A stretch of 63,999 nt of DNA, the filler included, from Stramenopiles sp. TOSAG23-3 (Eukaryota), in the NCBI GenBank assembly GCA_900128585.1. It is 16 parts of 16 records of this genome, joined end to end, with 100 filler letters (N's around TTAATTAATTAA, not from the genome) between each part and the next. Parts side by side here need not be neighbours in the genome. Positions count along the whole stretch, not along the records: positions 20,199 to 24,128 come from LT644022.1; positions 24,229 to 28,156 come from LT644023.1; positions 28,257 to 32,182 come from LT644024.1; 13 more parts are not named here. The stretch is one strand, 5' to 3'. The translations under genes and the position numbers were made by a program. Shown piece by piece: positions 20,200 through 31,683 of this stretch. The first letter of the stretch is position 1, and each line of letters opens with the position of its first letter. The notes beneath the pieces are model-generated. The model had not been told where the DNA came from. It worked only from the letters and a program-made list of their open reading frames with translations, and ran no database searches.

Positions 20200-23100
20200 G
20201 TTGGAGGTTCTGGGAGACAATCTTTAACAAGACTTGCCGCATCGATTGCTGATTATGAATGCTTCCAAATTGAAATTAGTAAAAATTATACTACGGCTGA
20301 ATGGCGAGAGGACATGAAAAAGGTTCTGATTGGTGCAGGTACCGGTCAACGCCCCTTCGTTTTCTTATTTTCAGATACACAAATAGTTGAAGAATCATTC
20401 ATTGAAGATATCAATAATATTCTAAATTCTGGAGAAATCCCAAATCTCTTTTTAGCTGATGAAAAAATGGAAATTGTCGATCGCATTCGTGGAATAGCAA
20501 AAGCCACGTTTGGACGAAAGGCAGAATCAATGAATGCTGGTGATATGTACAACTTCTTTGTGAAAAGACTAAGAGATAGATTACACGTCATGCTTGCGTT
20601 TTCACCTATTGGTGATGCTTTTAGAGAGCGATTAAGAAAATTTCCTTCTTTGGTTAATTGTTGTACAATTGATTGGTTTATGGAATGGCCTTCTGATGCA
20701 TTAGTTGCAACAGCGGAAAGATTTTTGAACGACATCAAAGTAGACAGTGAAGAAATACGTGCGTCGATTGTTAACCTTTGTCAATTTTTTCATGACTTTA
20801 CTTTTGATTTGAGTAAAAAGTATTTACAGAAGCGTGGACGTCATAATTATGTGCCCCCAACATCTTATCTTGAACTTATCAAAGCGTATAAAATATCGCT
20901 ATCGGAAAAACAAATTGAAGTTCGCGCCGCACGGGATAGATATACAAATGGTGTGCAGAAAATTGAATTCGCCGGAGAGGCTGTTAGTAAAATGCAAGAT
21001 GAGTTAATAGCATTACAACCAGTTTTAAAACAAGCACAAATTGATACAGATAAACTCATGGTTGAGATCCAGGAAGCCCTTCCAGGTGTCGAAAAAATTA
21101 AAGCAAGTGTATCTAAAGAAGCTGCAGCGGCTCAAGTTGAGGCAGATAAATGTGCAGTGATGAAGAAGAGTTGTGAAGATGATCTTGCTGAAGCCATACC
21201 AGCTCTGAATGCTGCGATTAAAGCCCTCAATACATTGAAGCCTAGCGATATTAATGAAGTTAAATCTCTCAAAACACCTCCAGCAGGAGTAAAGTTGGTC
21301 ATGCAAGCTGTTTGCGTCATGATGAGTGTCAAGCCAGACAAAGTAAAAGATCCTGAAGGTGGAATGAAAAAAGTAAATGATTATTGGGGGCCTGCAAAGA
21401 AACTTATGTCAGATACAAAGTTTCTTGATAAACTCAAAAAATACGACAAGGACAATATCAATGCAAAAATCATGGAGAAAATACGAAATTCTGGCAATTA
21501 TTGTGGCAATCCGGATTTCACTCCAGCTGCTGCTAAGAAGTCGAGTCTCGCATGTGCTGGTATGTGTCAGTGGGTTTTAGCCATGGAAGTCTATGATAGA
21601 GTTGCTAAAGTTGTAGCGCCAAAGAAGCTTCAACTTAAGGCAGCCGAAAAAGAATTAGCTGTTGTTATGGCTGACTTGTCAAAGAAACAAGAAGAATTGG
21701 CAGTTGTTGAAGGGAAGCTAAAAACACTACAAGATAATTTTGAAGCCGCAAATAAAAAGAAGTCACAACTTGAGGCCGATGTTAAATTGTGTGCAGAAAA
21801 ATTAGAGAGGGCAAAAGAACTGATCACTGGTCTTGGCGGAGAGAAAGCTCGCTGGCAGGGTTTTGCAAATGATCTTACCATTCGTTTAACTAATTTAACG
21901 GGAGATGTTTTGATTTCGTCTGGTGTGATTGCATATCTTGGTAGTTTCACATCGGATTTCCGCAAAATAGCAACAGTTGAGTGGGCAAAACAGTGCAAAG
22001 ATAGAGGTATACCTTGCGCAGATGAACCATCTTTAAATTTTACCTTGGGGGATCCAATGGAAACGCAAGAATGGCAAATTTGTGGGCTACCTGCTGATGA
22101 TTTTTCGACTGATAATGCTGTAGTTGTCAAGAACTCACAACGATGGCCACTTATGATTGATCCTCAAGGTCAAGCAAATAAGTGGATTCGAAATATGGAA
22201 GAGAAGAATGCAGAGAATGAAGGTATGCCTCTTCAGGTCATTCGTCAGTCACAAAGTGATTTCCTTCGAACCATTGAAAACTCCGTACAATTTGGAAACC
22301 CTGTACTTTTAGAAAATGTACTAGAAGAATTAGATCCATCCCTTGAACCACTTCTTCTGAAACAAGTATTCAAACAGGGGGGCGTGTTATGTATTCGTCT
22401 GGGAGATTCCACTGTTGAATATAATTCAGAATTTCGATTTTACATTACAACAAAATTACCCAATCCTCATTATTTACCTGAAGTTGCTGTGAAAGTCACA
22501 GTTCTCAATTTCATGATTACCCCTTTGGGTCTGGAAGAGCAACTTGTTGGTATTGTTGTAGCAAAGGAGCGTCCTGATTTGGAGAAGCAAAAACAAGAAC
22601 TAATTGTAGCTTTTGCTAATAACAAGCGAATATTGAAAGAGACAGAAGACAAAATTTTACATATTCTGTCAACTTCTGAAGGTAATATTCTCGAAGATGC
22701 TAGTGCTATTGAAGCTATCAAGAGTTCGAAACTGGTCTCTGATGACATTAAAGCAAAACAAAAGGTTGCTGAAGAGACAGGGAAACAAATCGACGAGGCT
22801 CGTGCAGGTTATAAACCTGTATCATTTCGAGCACAACTTCTATTTTTCTGCATTGCTGATCTAGCTGCTGTCGAACCTGTTTATCAGTATTCCCTAGTTT
22901 GGTTTGTAAATTTGTTCATAATGGGCATTGAGAAGAGTGAAAAGAGCAAAAAACTTGAGCAACGTCTAGATAATTTGAATAGCTACTTTACATACTCGCT
23001 ATATTTGAACATCATGCGTTCACTATTAGAAAAAGATAAGCTTCTTTTTTCTTTCATCCTAACGGTTAAAATAAATAAAGGTGCTGGTAATATGGACCCT

Positions 23101-24128
23101 GCAGAGTGGTATTTCTTATTGACCGGTGGAGTTGCTATGGATAACCCTCATATGAATCCGTCAGGTAAAGGTGGTTGGCTCTCTGAGAAATCATGGGGTG
23201 AAGTTTGTCGACTTAGTGATATGCCGGCTTTTAAAGGTCTTCGGGATCACTTTTTGAGTAATACAGAACAATGGCAAGCAATGTACGACATTACTGAAGC
23301 TCACGAGGCACCTCTACCAGATGATTGGAAGCACTTAAGCTCATTTCAATTCCTTCTTGTCTTACGATGTATCCGCCCTGATAAAGTAATGCTTGCGGTA
23401 CAAAATTATGTAATTGGACAACTTGGAAAGAAATTTGTAGAACCCCCTCCCTTTGATTTAGAAGCTTGTTACGATGATTCTACTTGCACAACACCACTAG
23501 TTTTTATTTTATCTCCAGGTTCTGATCCAATGGCGTCATTGCTTAAATATTCAGAAGAGCTTAAAATCAACCTTGATACCATATCTCTTGGCCAAGGCCA
23601 AGGACCTGTTGCTGTGCGTATGATCAATAAGGCAAAAGAAGCAGGTAGTTGGGTAATTCTTCAGAATTGTCATCTTGCAGTCAGTTGGATGAAGGATTTG
23701 GAGATTCTGTGCGAAAATTTGTCGCCGGATACTTGTAATAATAAGTTTCGACTATGGTTAACTACATATCCATCCCCAGATTTCCCAGTGTCGGTCCTTC
23801 AAAATGGCGTTAAAATGACAAATGAAGCACCTAAAGGTCTTCGAAATAATTTGATGGGTTCATACACAACAGATCCCATTTCAGATGAAACATTTTTCGA
23901 CAGTGTACGTAAAGGAAAGGAATTTAAACAGTTGCTGTACTCATTGTGCTTCTTCCATGCTTTGATTCAGGAGCGTAGGCAATTTGGAGCATTGGGTTGG
24001 AACATTCCTTATGAGTTCAATGAATCAGATCTACGAATATCTATAAGACAACTTGCTATTTTCCTTGATGACGATAAACCAGAAATGCCCTTCAAAGCAT
24101 TAAACTACACTGCAGGTGAATGTAATTA
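20200..24128 (+). CDS. Axonemal dynein heavy chain, internal fragment (AAA4-stalk/MTBD-AAA5-AAA6)
   Basis: VGGSGRQSLTRLA, FPSLVNCCTIDWF, RWPLMIDPQGQANKWI, ISLGQGQGP, WVILQNCHLA and GWNIPYEFNESD. The frame is open across the whole contig. Confidence 0.97.
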
Positions 24129-24228
24129 NNNNNNNNNNNNNNNNNNNNNNNNNNNNNNNNNNNNNNNNNNNNTTAATTAATTAANNNNNNNNNNNNNNNN
24201 NNNNNNNNNNNNNNNNNNNNNNNNNNNN

Positions 24229-27200
24229 GCGTCGCCTCGAGCAATACGTAAAGTGTTGACTTCGGTGGTGGATGTAGGGGATAGAGGAAAAGGTTGTTGT
24301 GACACCGGTGCAGACGTGAATCTGATAACGCAGAGAGCGCTTGAGTTTGAGTGCGTTAAGGTGATCAGAGAACACGACATCGATGTCAAGTTATCCTTTG
24401 TAGATGGTTCGACGGCGACAGCGAAAAAGGAAATTTTCTGTGAAATAACTGACAGTAAAGGTCGAAAAAGAAGGGATTGGTTTATCAAGCAGGAAATGGA
24501 AGATGTAGATATATTATTTGGCGTCACATTCATGGATGGACGCAACACTGAATTTAATTCGGCGCTAGGACTTATAACGACATGGGATTGGACAGGCAGT
24601 CCATTCGAGCTTCGGATGGAAAGGCGGTCCAGGAATAAATCGAGGACGAAATCCAGAAAGTTACAAGCGTTGGGAAAAAGGAGAGTGAATTGTAAACAAA
24701 AAGATTTTCGACGAGTGTTGAGGGTGGCCAAGTCGGTCGACCTAGGACCTGGTTGGAACCAAATTATGCAAAACGATTTGGGCATAAATTTGACAGGACA
24801 AGCGTTGGTGACAGAAAGTGTAAAATTGCGACTGGGAATGAGGGGATTGTCAATCCCAAATCAGATCTTTAATGATGCTGATACGCCGGTTAATATTTTT
24901 TCTGTAGTGCGAACGGAGATTCCAAGTCGAGTTTTGTTGGGGAGAGTAGACCCGCAGCCGAAATTATTGCGAGATTTAAATGGGAAAGAAAACCCAGCGT
25001 GGGATGTGCAGCGCATGTTCCGCCAAATGTTAAACGAAGAAATAGCGAATTTAAACGAGGGCGTGATAGACGAACCAACGCAAGATGCACCTTCTGGAGA
25101 CGAAGGGGGAGATTTTCCCTCTGGAGACGAAGGAGATGGCGATGGGGCGGACTTGGCAGATGAGGAACTTTCGTCCGATGACGAAGACAATCTGCAGCCA
25201 AAACCAGTGCGCAGGATGGGATTGAATCCAGCAGAAGAGGACCCGCCTGTTCAGTTCAAAGACGAAGACGTCGTCGAAGACGGGAAGCATTGGAAAACGT
25301 TATTGAATCGCGATCCAACTCTAGATCCACAGTACAGAGTGGTGACAGATGAGGAATTTAATGTGATTTGGAAAGAGCTAGAGCTCGATTCGAACACAGT
25401 GTTTGAAAAGGAGATGAACGACGAGGAAAGGGGCCAACTGACAAGTGTCTTGAAGGCCTATGCGCATGTCATGGCAAAGGAGGTACAGCCGATCGACAAG
25501 AGTGTGGGGGAACATGCGATTCCACTACAACCCGGTGCAGTTCCCGTGTCGTCTTATCAATACAGCTTGCGACCTGAGAATCAGGAAAGTGTACGCGAGT
25601 TTGTAAAAACGATGTTGAAAGCGGGGTTGATTAAGAAGTGTAGTTCACCTTGGAACTCACCTCTCTTAGTGACACCCAAACCAGATGGAACGCCACGAAT
25701 TTGTTTTGATGCAAGGAAATTAAATGCGGTAACGATCAAGGATCAATACCCAGTCTCCAGTGCGCAGTTGTGTCTTCGCCGACTCAGAGGCAGTTCGCTG
25801 TTTAGCACAGGCGATATGCTCAGTGGGTTTTGGCAGATTCCGCTTCGCTTGGAAGATCAATTAAAAACGGCATTTTCGACAGAGGATGGCCAATTTTGTT
25901 TTACGGTTATGCCCTTTGGGCTGGCCAATGCGTCAAATTGTTTTTGCCGAGTGATGTCGGATATCGTGGGCGAATTAAAACATCTGTTTTGTATTTTATA
26001 TATCGATGATTTTTTGTTGAATTATCGTGAACATGTTGATGCCGAAGAAGGCAGGTCCGAATTTGCAGTACACATAGAACAAATCGAAGCAATGCTTGCG
26101 GCGCTGAGCATAGCAGGGATGTCCCTGAAGGCGACCAAGTTGCATTTGCTGAGGAGGATAGTTAAGTTTCTAGGACACTTAGTAGACAGACATGGACTCA
26201 AAATGGATCCTGAGAAAGTTGCGTCAATTGTAAATGCTAAAGTTCCGACGACGAAGCGTGGCGTACGTGCATGGATTGGGATAGTAAACTACTACCGCCA
26301 TTTTGTTAAAAATATCGGAAAGATTTTACATCCGCTGTATGAATTGCTAAAGAAAAAGGCAAAGTGGAAGTGTGAAATTCCGAATGGTTCGAGGGCGTAT
26401 AAAGCGATTCAGGTAATAAAACGTTTGCTAACGCATGAACCGATAGTGTTAAGCCACCCGGATTTTACGAAGGATTTTGAGATCCAAACGGATGGTAGTA
26501 TCGCCGGCTTGGGAGCAGTACTGGTCCAGTATGAAGACGCCAAAAACGAGAAGGGCGAAGTGATTCTAGAGGCGGACGGTAAACCCAAGCAGGTCGAAAG
26601 AGTAATTGAATACGCCAGCAAGGCACTTAACGATGCAGAACGGAATTACACGGCGAGGGAGTTAGAGGCGCTTGCCCTACTCTTTGCTTGCAGAAAGTGG
26701 CATGCGTATTTAGGACGGAAATTTACGGCAGTAGTTGACCATAAGAACCTACTCCAGTTACAAGATTATGTTAAGCACAATAGGCGTTTGGCAAGGTGGG
26801 CGACGGGGCTGAGTCCCTACGATATTGAATTGAAGTATAGAAAAGGGGAGGATCACGTGCCCCCCGATTTCCTTTCAAGGTTGCCAACGTTTACGAATGA
26901 TGGACCCGCAGAAGGTGATCCAGTAATAAGAATCGTGTCGAGAAAAATATTTAACATCCAGAGAGAGGAAAGCGTGGTACATGAACACGATCCTGGAAAT
27001 AGACGCGGAAAGAAAGTATATGTGAAACTAAATCAGACGCCGGAGATAACGAGGGAGTTGATCTATGACGCGCAGCGCGAGGATCAGGCCTGGAGACAAA
27101 TTGCCGACGATTTAGAAAAACCGGAACGATTGCGAAAACTCCACCACTCGCATCTCTATAGGTTAGATGAGGATGGTGTGTTGTTGTTTGATGGAGTGAA

Positions 27201-28156
27201 GGCGAAAGGTGATGCAGACCTGGACCCAGATATAAATAAAATCAATAATCGCATTGTGATTCCGGAAGTTTTAAGAGACGCTGTGTTGTGGCATTACCAC
27301 GATCACATCTTGCAGCAGCATCGTAGCGCTCGCGCTATGTACGAGGATATGGCTATTTTGTATTTTTGGCCAGCGATGCAGTACGATATTAAGGACTATT
27401 GCAAGTCGTGCCCAGATTGTGCAAAGGCGAAGGTACGCAAAAAGTCCAGAAGCGATCGATTGAAGAGCATGTTGAATCGGATGCCATTTTCGGTACTCTT
27501 CTTGGATCATGTAGAAATCCCGGCGAAAAATAAATGGAACTATACACATATTTTGACGATGATGTGTGGCTTTACAAAATTTTTAATTGCGGTGCCGGTA
27601 ACGAGTGTAGAAAGTGGTACTTCGTGTAAAGAAGTATTTGACCGTGTGGTGTGTGGCCTTGGTCGCCTCCCACAGATAACGGTCGTGGACAATGGTTTCG
27701 ATTCGACGGAGTGGAGGGCGTTTTGTAAGGGTATAGGATCCAGTCCGATACCAACAACCCCGTTTAACCCGAGAGCGAACCAAGTGGAACGTCCACACAG
27801 TTTCCTAAAAGCGTTAATAAAAATAAATGCAGAGGCAATGGGACAAGACGTTTGGCCGCAGCTTATTCAAGCAGAAGTGCGAGCTTACAATACGTTGAAA
27901 GGCCCAGATAAGTTAAGTCCGATGGAGGTCCTGTTTGGATTCCAACCGGATCTGCCAATAGAACGGTTACTGTTTCCAACCACGAAGTCGCTCGTAGAGA
28001 GGACACGTGAACAGTTTCACGGTTATCTTTTGGAAGAGTTGCGTCGCAACCATCGTACACAGCATTTTGATCACCTGGCTAAAGCAGACAGTCGTGTCAT
28101 GCAAGCGATTCGAGATCCGAAGAGATTCGCTCCACCATTTGGCGTGGGCGATTGGG
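24229..28156 (+). mobile_element. Ty3/gypsy LTR retrotransposon pol (protease-RT-RNase H-integrase), both ends truncated by assembly
   Basis: Protease DTGAD. RT motifs SPWNSPLL, RICFDARKLN, FTVMPFGL and LYIDD. RNase H motifs TDGS..GLGAVL, ERNY..ELE and DHKNL. Integrase H-H-CxxC (HDHILQQH..CPDC), LDHV, VDNG and NQVER. Domain order is gypsy-type. Confidence 0.95.
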
Positions 28157-28327
28157 NNNNNNNNNNNNNNNNNNNNNNNNNNNNNNNNNNNNNNNNNNNN
28201 TTAATTAATTAANNNNNNNNNNNNNNNNNNNNNNNNNNNNNNNNNNNNNNNNNNNNTATATTATTAATAGCTAACAAAAGTCAATTTAAACTGTATCGGT
28301 AGGTCAAAAGAAGGTCTAGATTGTAGA

Positions 28328-28398
28328 GAGGGACAACAAGATCATCATTCACTTTTTGCGTGATACGAGGGACAACAAGATCATCATTCACTTTTTGC
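28328..28398. repeat. Short direct duplication (~32 bp x2)
   Basis: GAGGGACAACAAGATCATCATTCACTTTTTGC occurs twice. Confidence 0.85.
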
Positions 28399-28848
28399 TC
28401 ATGCAGGCCAAAATAGGGTATGTATGTATCAATGATACTTCTATGGATGAGTTGTACTTGTATTGAATATTAATATTGTAAGCATGTATTTTCTCTATAT
28501 ATGATTGGATTCGTACTTGTTGGAAGCTTTGTTGGCACTGTGAATGTATTCTCTTCTTTTACTAACACCACCCAGTCGAGCTACCAAGAATCATATCATC
28601 ATGACTGCTCGAAAAACTTCGAAGCAGAGACACCATTACCACCGTTGCACAGCACCACCGACAACGGAGTAGAGGCTAAAACATACTACTACGAATTGCG
28701 AGACGACAAATACATACTCGGTGCTAGCAAAATGACCACAACGTTTGACCACTCGCCAACGATTCTGATTTTTACAAATTTCCGCAATTTCACTATCACT
28801 AATAAGCACGATTAAGTTACACAATACACAAATCCACGCCTTAACCTG

Positions 28849-29748
28849 ATGAAACTTGGCCATATAGGCCTCGTCCTACTGGTCGTAGGGATCTTTGCGG
28901 CAGGCAGTCTCCTGGGGAACCGCCTGGGAAGGTCTTATGAAAAGAGACGGATGATAAGGATGGGTTGGGGTGCCAATGTCAGAGCCAAGGTCGGAGCCAA
29001 GGTGTCGTCGAACGCATCGTCCAGCGTCACGCTCAGAGGCACGGTCGGAGCCAAGGTCTACGGATTGGCCTTAACATGCGACAAAATAGAATACGTACCC
29101 TCCATGTCCTTTTTTAGAGAAATTTGGGAAGTGTTAGAAAAGAACAAACATCGTAATTATTTTAGTTGTGTATGTGAAACGCAGCTGAAACATGCTATTC
29201 GGCCTTGCAAAAAGTCCTATGGCTATGGGCTGTGTGTTGAAACCGCAGCCGCAAGGGGTACTACACTGTTAGTCGAACGCTGCGGAGCTGAAAATCCTAT
29301 TATTGCTGCCTGTCCTTTTAAGCGTACGGAAGGAATTACTCTCTTGATAGATGGGAAGGAAAACTTTCTTAAACTGTTATCACTTTTCTCGCCCCAACAG
29401 CAATGTGCACTTGCCAAGTGGGCTTATTGCGAAGATATAAACAACGAGGCATATGTGCACGTTATAGCAGGACCTTCTGGTTTAATTAATCACAGGCAAC
29501 AGGCCACTTACAAATTCACCTGTCCGGAGACGAATAAAACTGTACACAAAAAAGACGAGGATGACGAGGATGACGATGAAGACGAGGATAAATGTATTTT
29601 TGGAAAGGCAATCGTCGATCTTCCTGCGGGTGCTGAAATTTTGGAAAATTATTGCCACGATTACGATATGGAGCTACGGTGGCTTCGTACATTGAAAGCA
29701 ACAATGGCCATTGACACTATGGATGACCTGAACAGTTGTGTGAGGTAG
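28849..29748 (+). CDS. SET-domain protein with N-terminal signal peptide/anchor
   Basis: Hydrophobic N-terminus MKLGHIGLVLLVVGIFAAG. SET motifs GYGLCV..AARGT, GLINH and AIVDLPAGAEILENY. Confidence 0.7.
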   Translation: MKLGHIGLVLLVVGIFAAGSLLGNRLGRSYEKRRMIRMGWGANVRAKVGAKVSSNASSSVTLRGTVGAKVYGLALTCDKIEYVPSMSFFREIWEVLEKNKHRNYFSCVCETQLKHAIRPCKKSYGYGLCVETAAARGTTLLVERCGAENPIIAACPFKRTEGITLLIDGKENFLKLLSLFSPQQQCALAKWAYCEDINNEAYVHVIAGPSGLINHRQQATYKFTCPETNKTVHKKDEDDEDDDEDEDKCIFGKAIVDLPAGAEILENYCHDYDMELRWLRTLKATMAIDTMDDLNSCVR

Positions 29749-29751
29749 TCT

Positions 29752-29955
29752 ATGATTTTGGAAGACGAAGATATAGACTGCACCAAAAACCAAACTGATC
29801 TTCAAGTTGGAAAGGCAATCGTCGATCTTCCTGTGGGTGCTGAAATTTTGGAAAATTATTGTTCCGAATACAGCGACACGGAGGAACCACGGTGGTTTGG
29901 CGCATTGAAAGCGGCAATGGGCATTGACACTGAGAACTACGAAAAATGTATATAA
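29752..29955 (+). repeat. In-frame tandem duplicate of the SET C-terminal segment
   Basis: GGAAAGGCAATCGTCGATCTTCCTG(C/T)GGGTGCTGAAATTTTGGAAAATTATTG is repeated 207 bp downstream and encodes GKAIVDLPVGAEILENYC again. Confidence 0.85.
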
Positions 29956-30294
29956 TAGTAGTTCGTAGTAATTAGTAGAAGAGTCTTGGATTATATCGGA
30001 CCGTTCGGTACGCCTGACAGGGGCCATTTGTATAATATGTGTACGATAATAGGTGTCGCCTATAATGTGCGGCATGCCGTTCCTAGAGACAATTGGTGGG
30101 ACAAAACTTAGCTAATCTTCCTTATTAATAATACTAAATTACTACTAGTTATATTATTTTCATTATATAAAATATTATTAAGAATAATATTAATAAATTT
30201 ACTATATATAGGAACTCGAGTCGTGGCGAAATAAGTTGTTAATAGGTGCCGTCGATGTGTCAGCTCATTTGCCTTTACTTTCGCCACTTCCTTC

Positions 30295-31683
30295 CTAACC
30301 ATACTCTTCAGTGTCAACTGACAGGTAACTTTCAAACCCAAACTCCTCGTTATAATATACGGCTGCAACATCACACCTCGTTGCGTCAAGACGATCTCCA
30401 GTGAGCGTAAATTCCGAAAGAATACTTGAACGAGACGATTGTGGCAGCCATGAGACGGGTACCATATCAAGCTTGTCGAAGAAATTCTCTCGCCCCCCCG
30501 TATTATCAATAACGTTGCTTATTCGGTACTTTTCTAACGGCGGGTAGTCAATGGGTCCAACGGCGTCCATTCCCAACTTGTACGCACGTAACCACTCCTT
30601 CATCGAATAGTTTTTAGAAGGGTCCAAACTCCACAACATCGCCATGTAAAGTTTGTACATTACAGGCTGGGAATTCATACCTTCGGCGTCATCATCGGGT
30701 TCACTCAGGACGAAACGCTTACTAATTTTTAAACAATTGCGAATATAATTTTCTGGTCGAGGCCTGTCTTGGTTTGTAAAGTCGTATTCAATGTCCTCCA
30801 CGAGTAGGTCAAAGATATTTTTCTCTGTCTGTTTCTCAATGTATGCAAATGCATCGCCGACAACTATGGTTAACCGTGGGTCGTGCGCGCTGTTACCAGT
30901 AATTTTTTGCATAAATGGGTTGTATTTCCACATGTCAATCATGTTTTGGTCTAATTCCACTTGGGTCACTGATTCCACCCAAGGGTGTCTGAGTACCATT
31001 GTTGCACAGAGGCCATCCCCACCTCCTAATATTAAAATTCGTTTGGCTCTGCCCCGCTTTACTGGAAGCCCGCATTGTATGTAGTGGGATACCTCCCACT
31101 CCTCCGAATGCATTTGTATTTGCTGATTCAAATTTAATCTGTACTGTTCCGCGTCGCGAAAAATATCAATGTGCTGATAACGAGATTCCTTGTGGAAAAT
31201 ATGGGTTGAAATGGGGGGCGTTTTCCTATGAAAGCAGCACGCCAGAATAGCGTCGTAGCAGTTGTAAAACATATTTCTTGTCCGGTCAATCAATGCATTT
31301 GGTGAAATTCGCGGCTCCTGAAGTTTGCTGGAGAAAAACTTTAAATCCGTAATTGTTCGCCACAAGTAATGAGGCCTCCTCTCTTTCGCAGAATAGCTTA
31401 TGTATATCTTGCGTGTGCTAAAAACATTGCTTTGTAGGTAGTCCGTCGCACAAGACTGTCCATAGATTTCTAATTCTGAGGTAAGAAGTGGTCCGTCTTC
31501 AAACACAGAGCACTCCCCCGAAGTATAGTGTTTATCGTTGTAGCTAGGAAAGCAGACATCGGCGACGTTGGAATCCATCACGCTTAGTGAGTGCTGACAG
31601 AAGGAGTCTGAGAAGTACTCTCCGACGAGAACGGCCGCGGCACCCCCCATTAAGAAGAAGAACGAACTGAACACTGCAAGCAT
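30295..31683 (-). CDS. Spermidine-synthase-like aminopropyltransferase domain protein with predicted signal peptide
   Basis: ESRYQHIDIF, LNLNQQIQ, RILILGGGDG, VTQVELD, DPRLTIVVGDAFAYI and FDLLVED. The N-terminus MLAVFSSFFFLMGGAAA is followed by a Cys-containing region. Confidence 0.8.
   Translation of the reverse strand: MLAVFSSFFFLMGGAAAVLVGEYFSDSFCQHSLSVMDSNVADVCFPSYNDKHYTSGECSVFEDGPLLTSELEIYGQSCATDYLQSNVFSTRKIYISYSAKERRPHYLWRTITDLKFFSSKLQEPRISPNALIDRTRNMFYNCYDAILACCFHRKTPPISTHIFHKESRYQHIDIFRDAEQYRLNLNQQIQMHSEEWEVSHYIQCGLPVKRGRAKRILILGGGDGLCATMVLRHPWVESVTQVELDQNMIDMWKYNPFMQKITGNSAHDPRLTIVVGDAFAYIEKQTEKNIFDLLVEDIEYDFTNQDRPRPENYIRNCLKISKRFVLSEPDDDAEGMNSQPVMYKLYMAMLWSLDPSKNYSMKEWLRAYKLGMDAVGPIDYPPLEKYRISNVIDNTGGRENFFDKLDMVPVSWLPQSSRSSILSEFTLTGDRLDATRCDVAAVYYNEEFGFESYLSVDTEEYG

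Noticed and set aside
28501-28815. 104-aa ORF upstream of the SET gene
   Set aside because: It has no recognisable motif, so I cannot support it as a gene.
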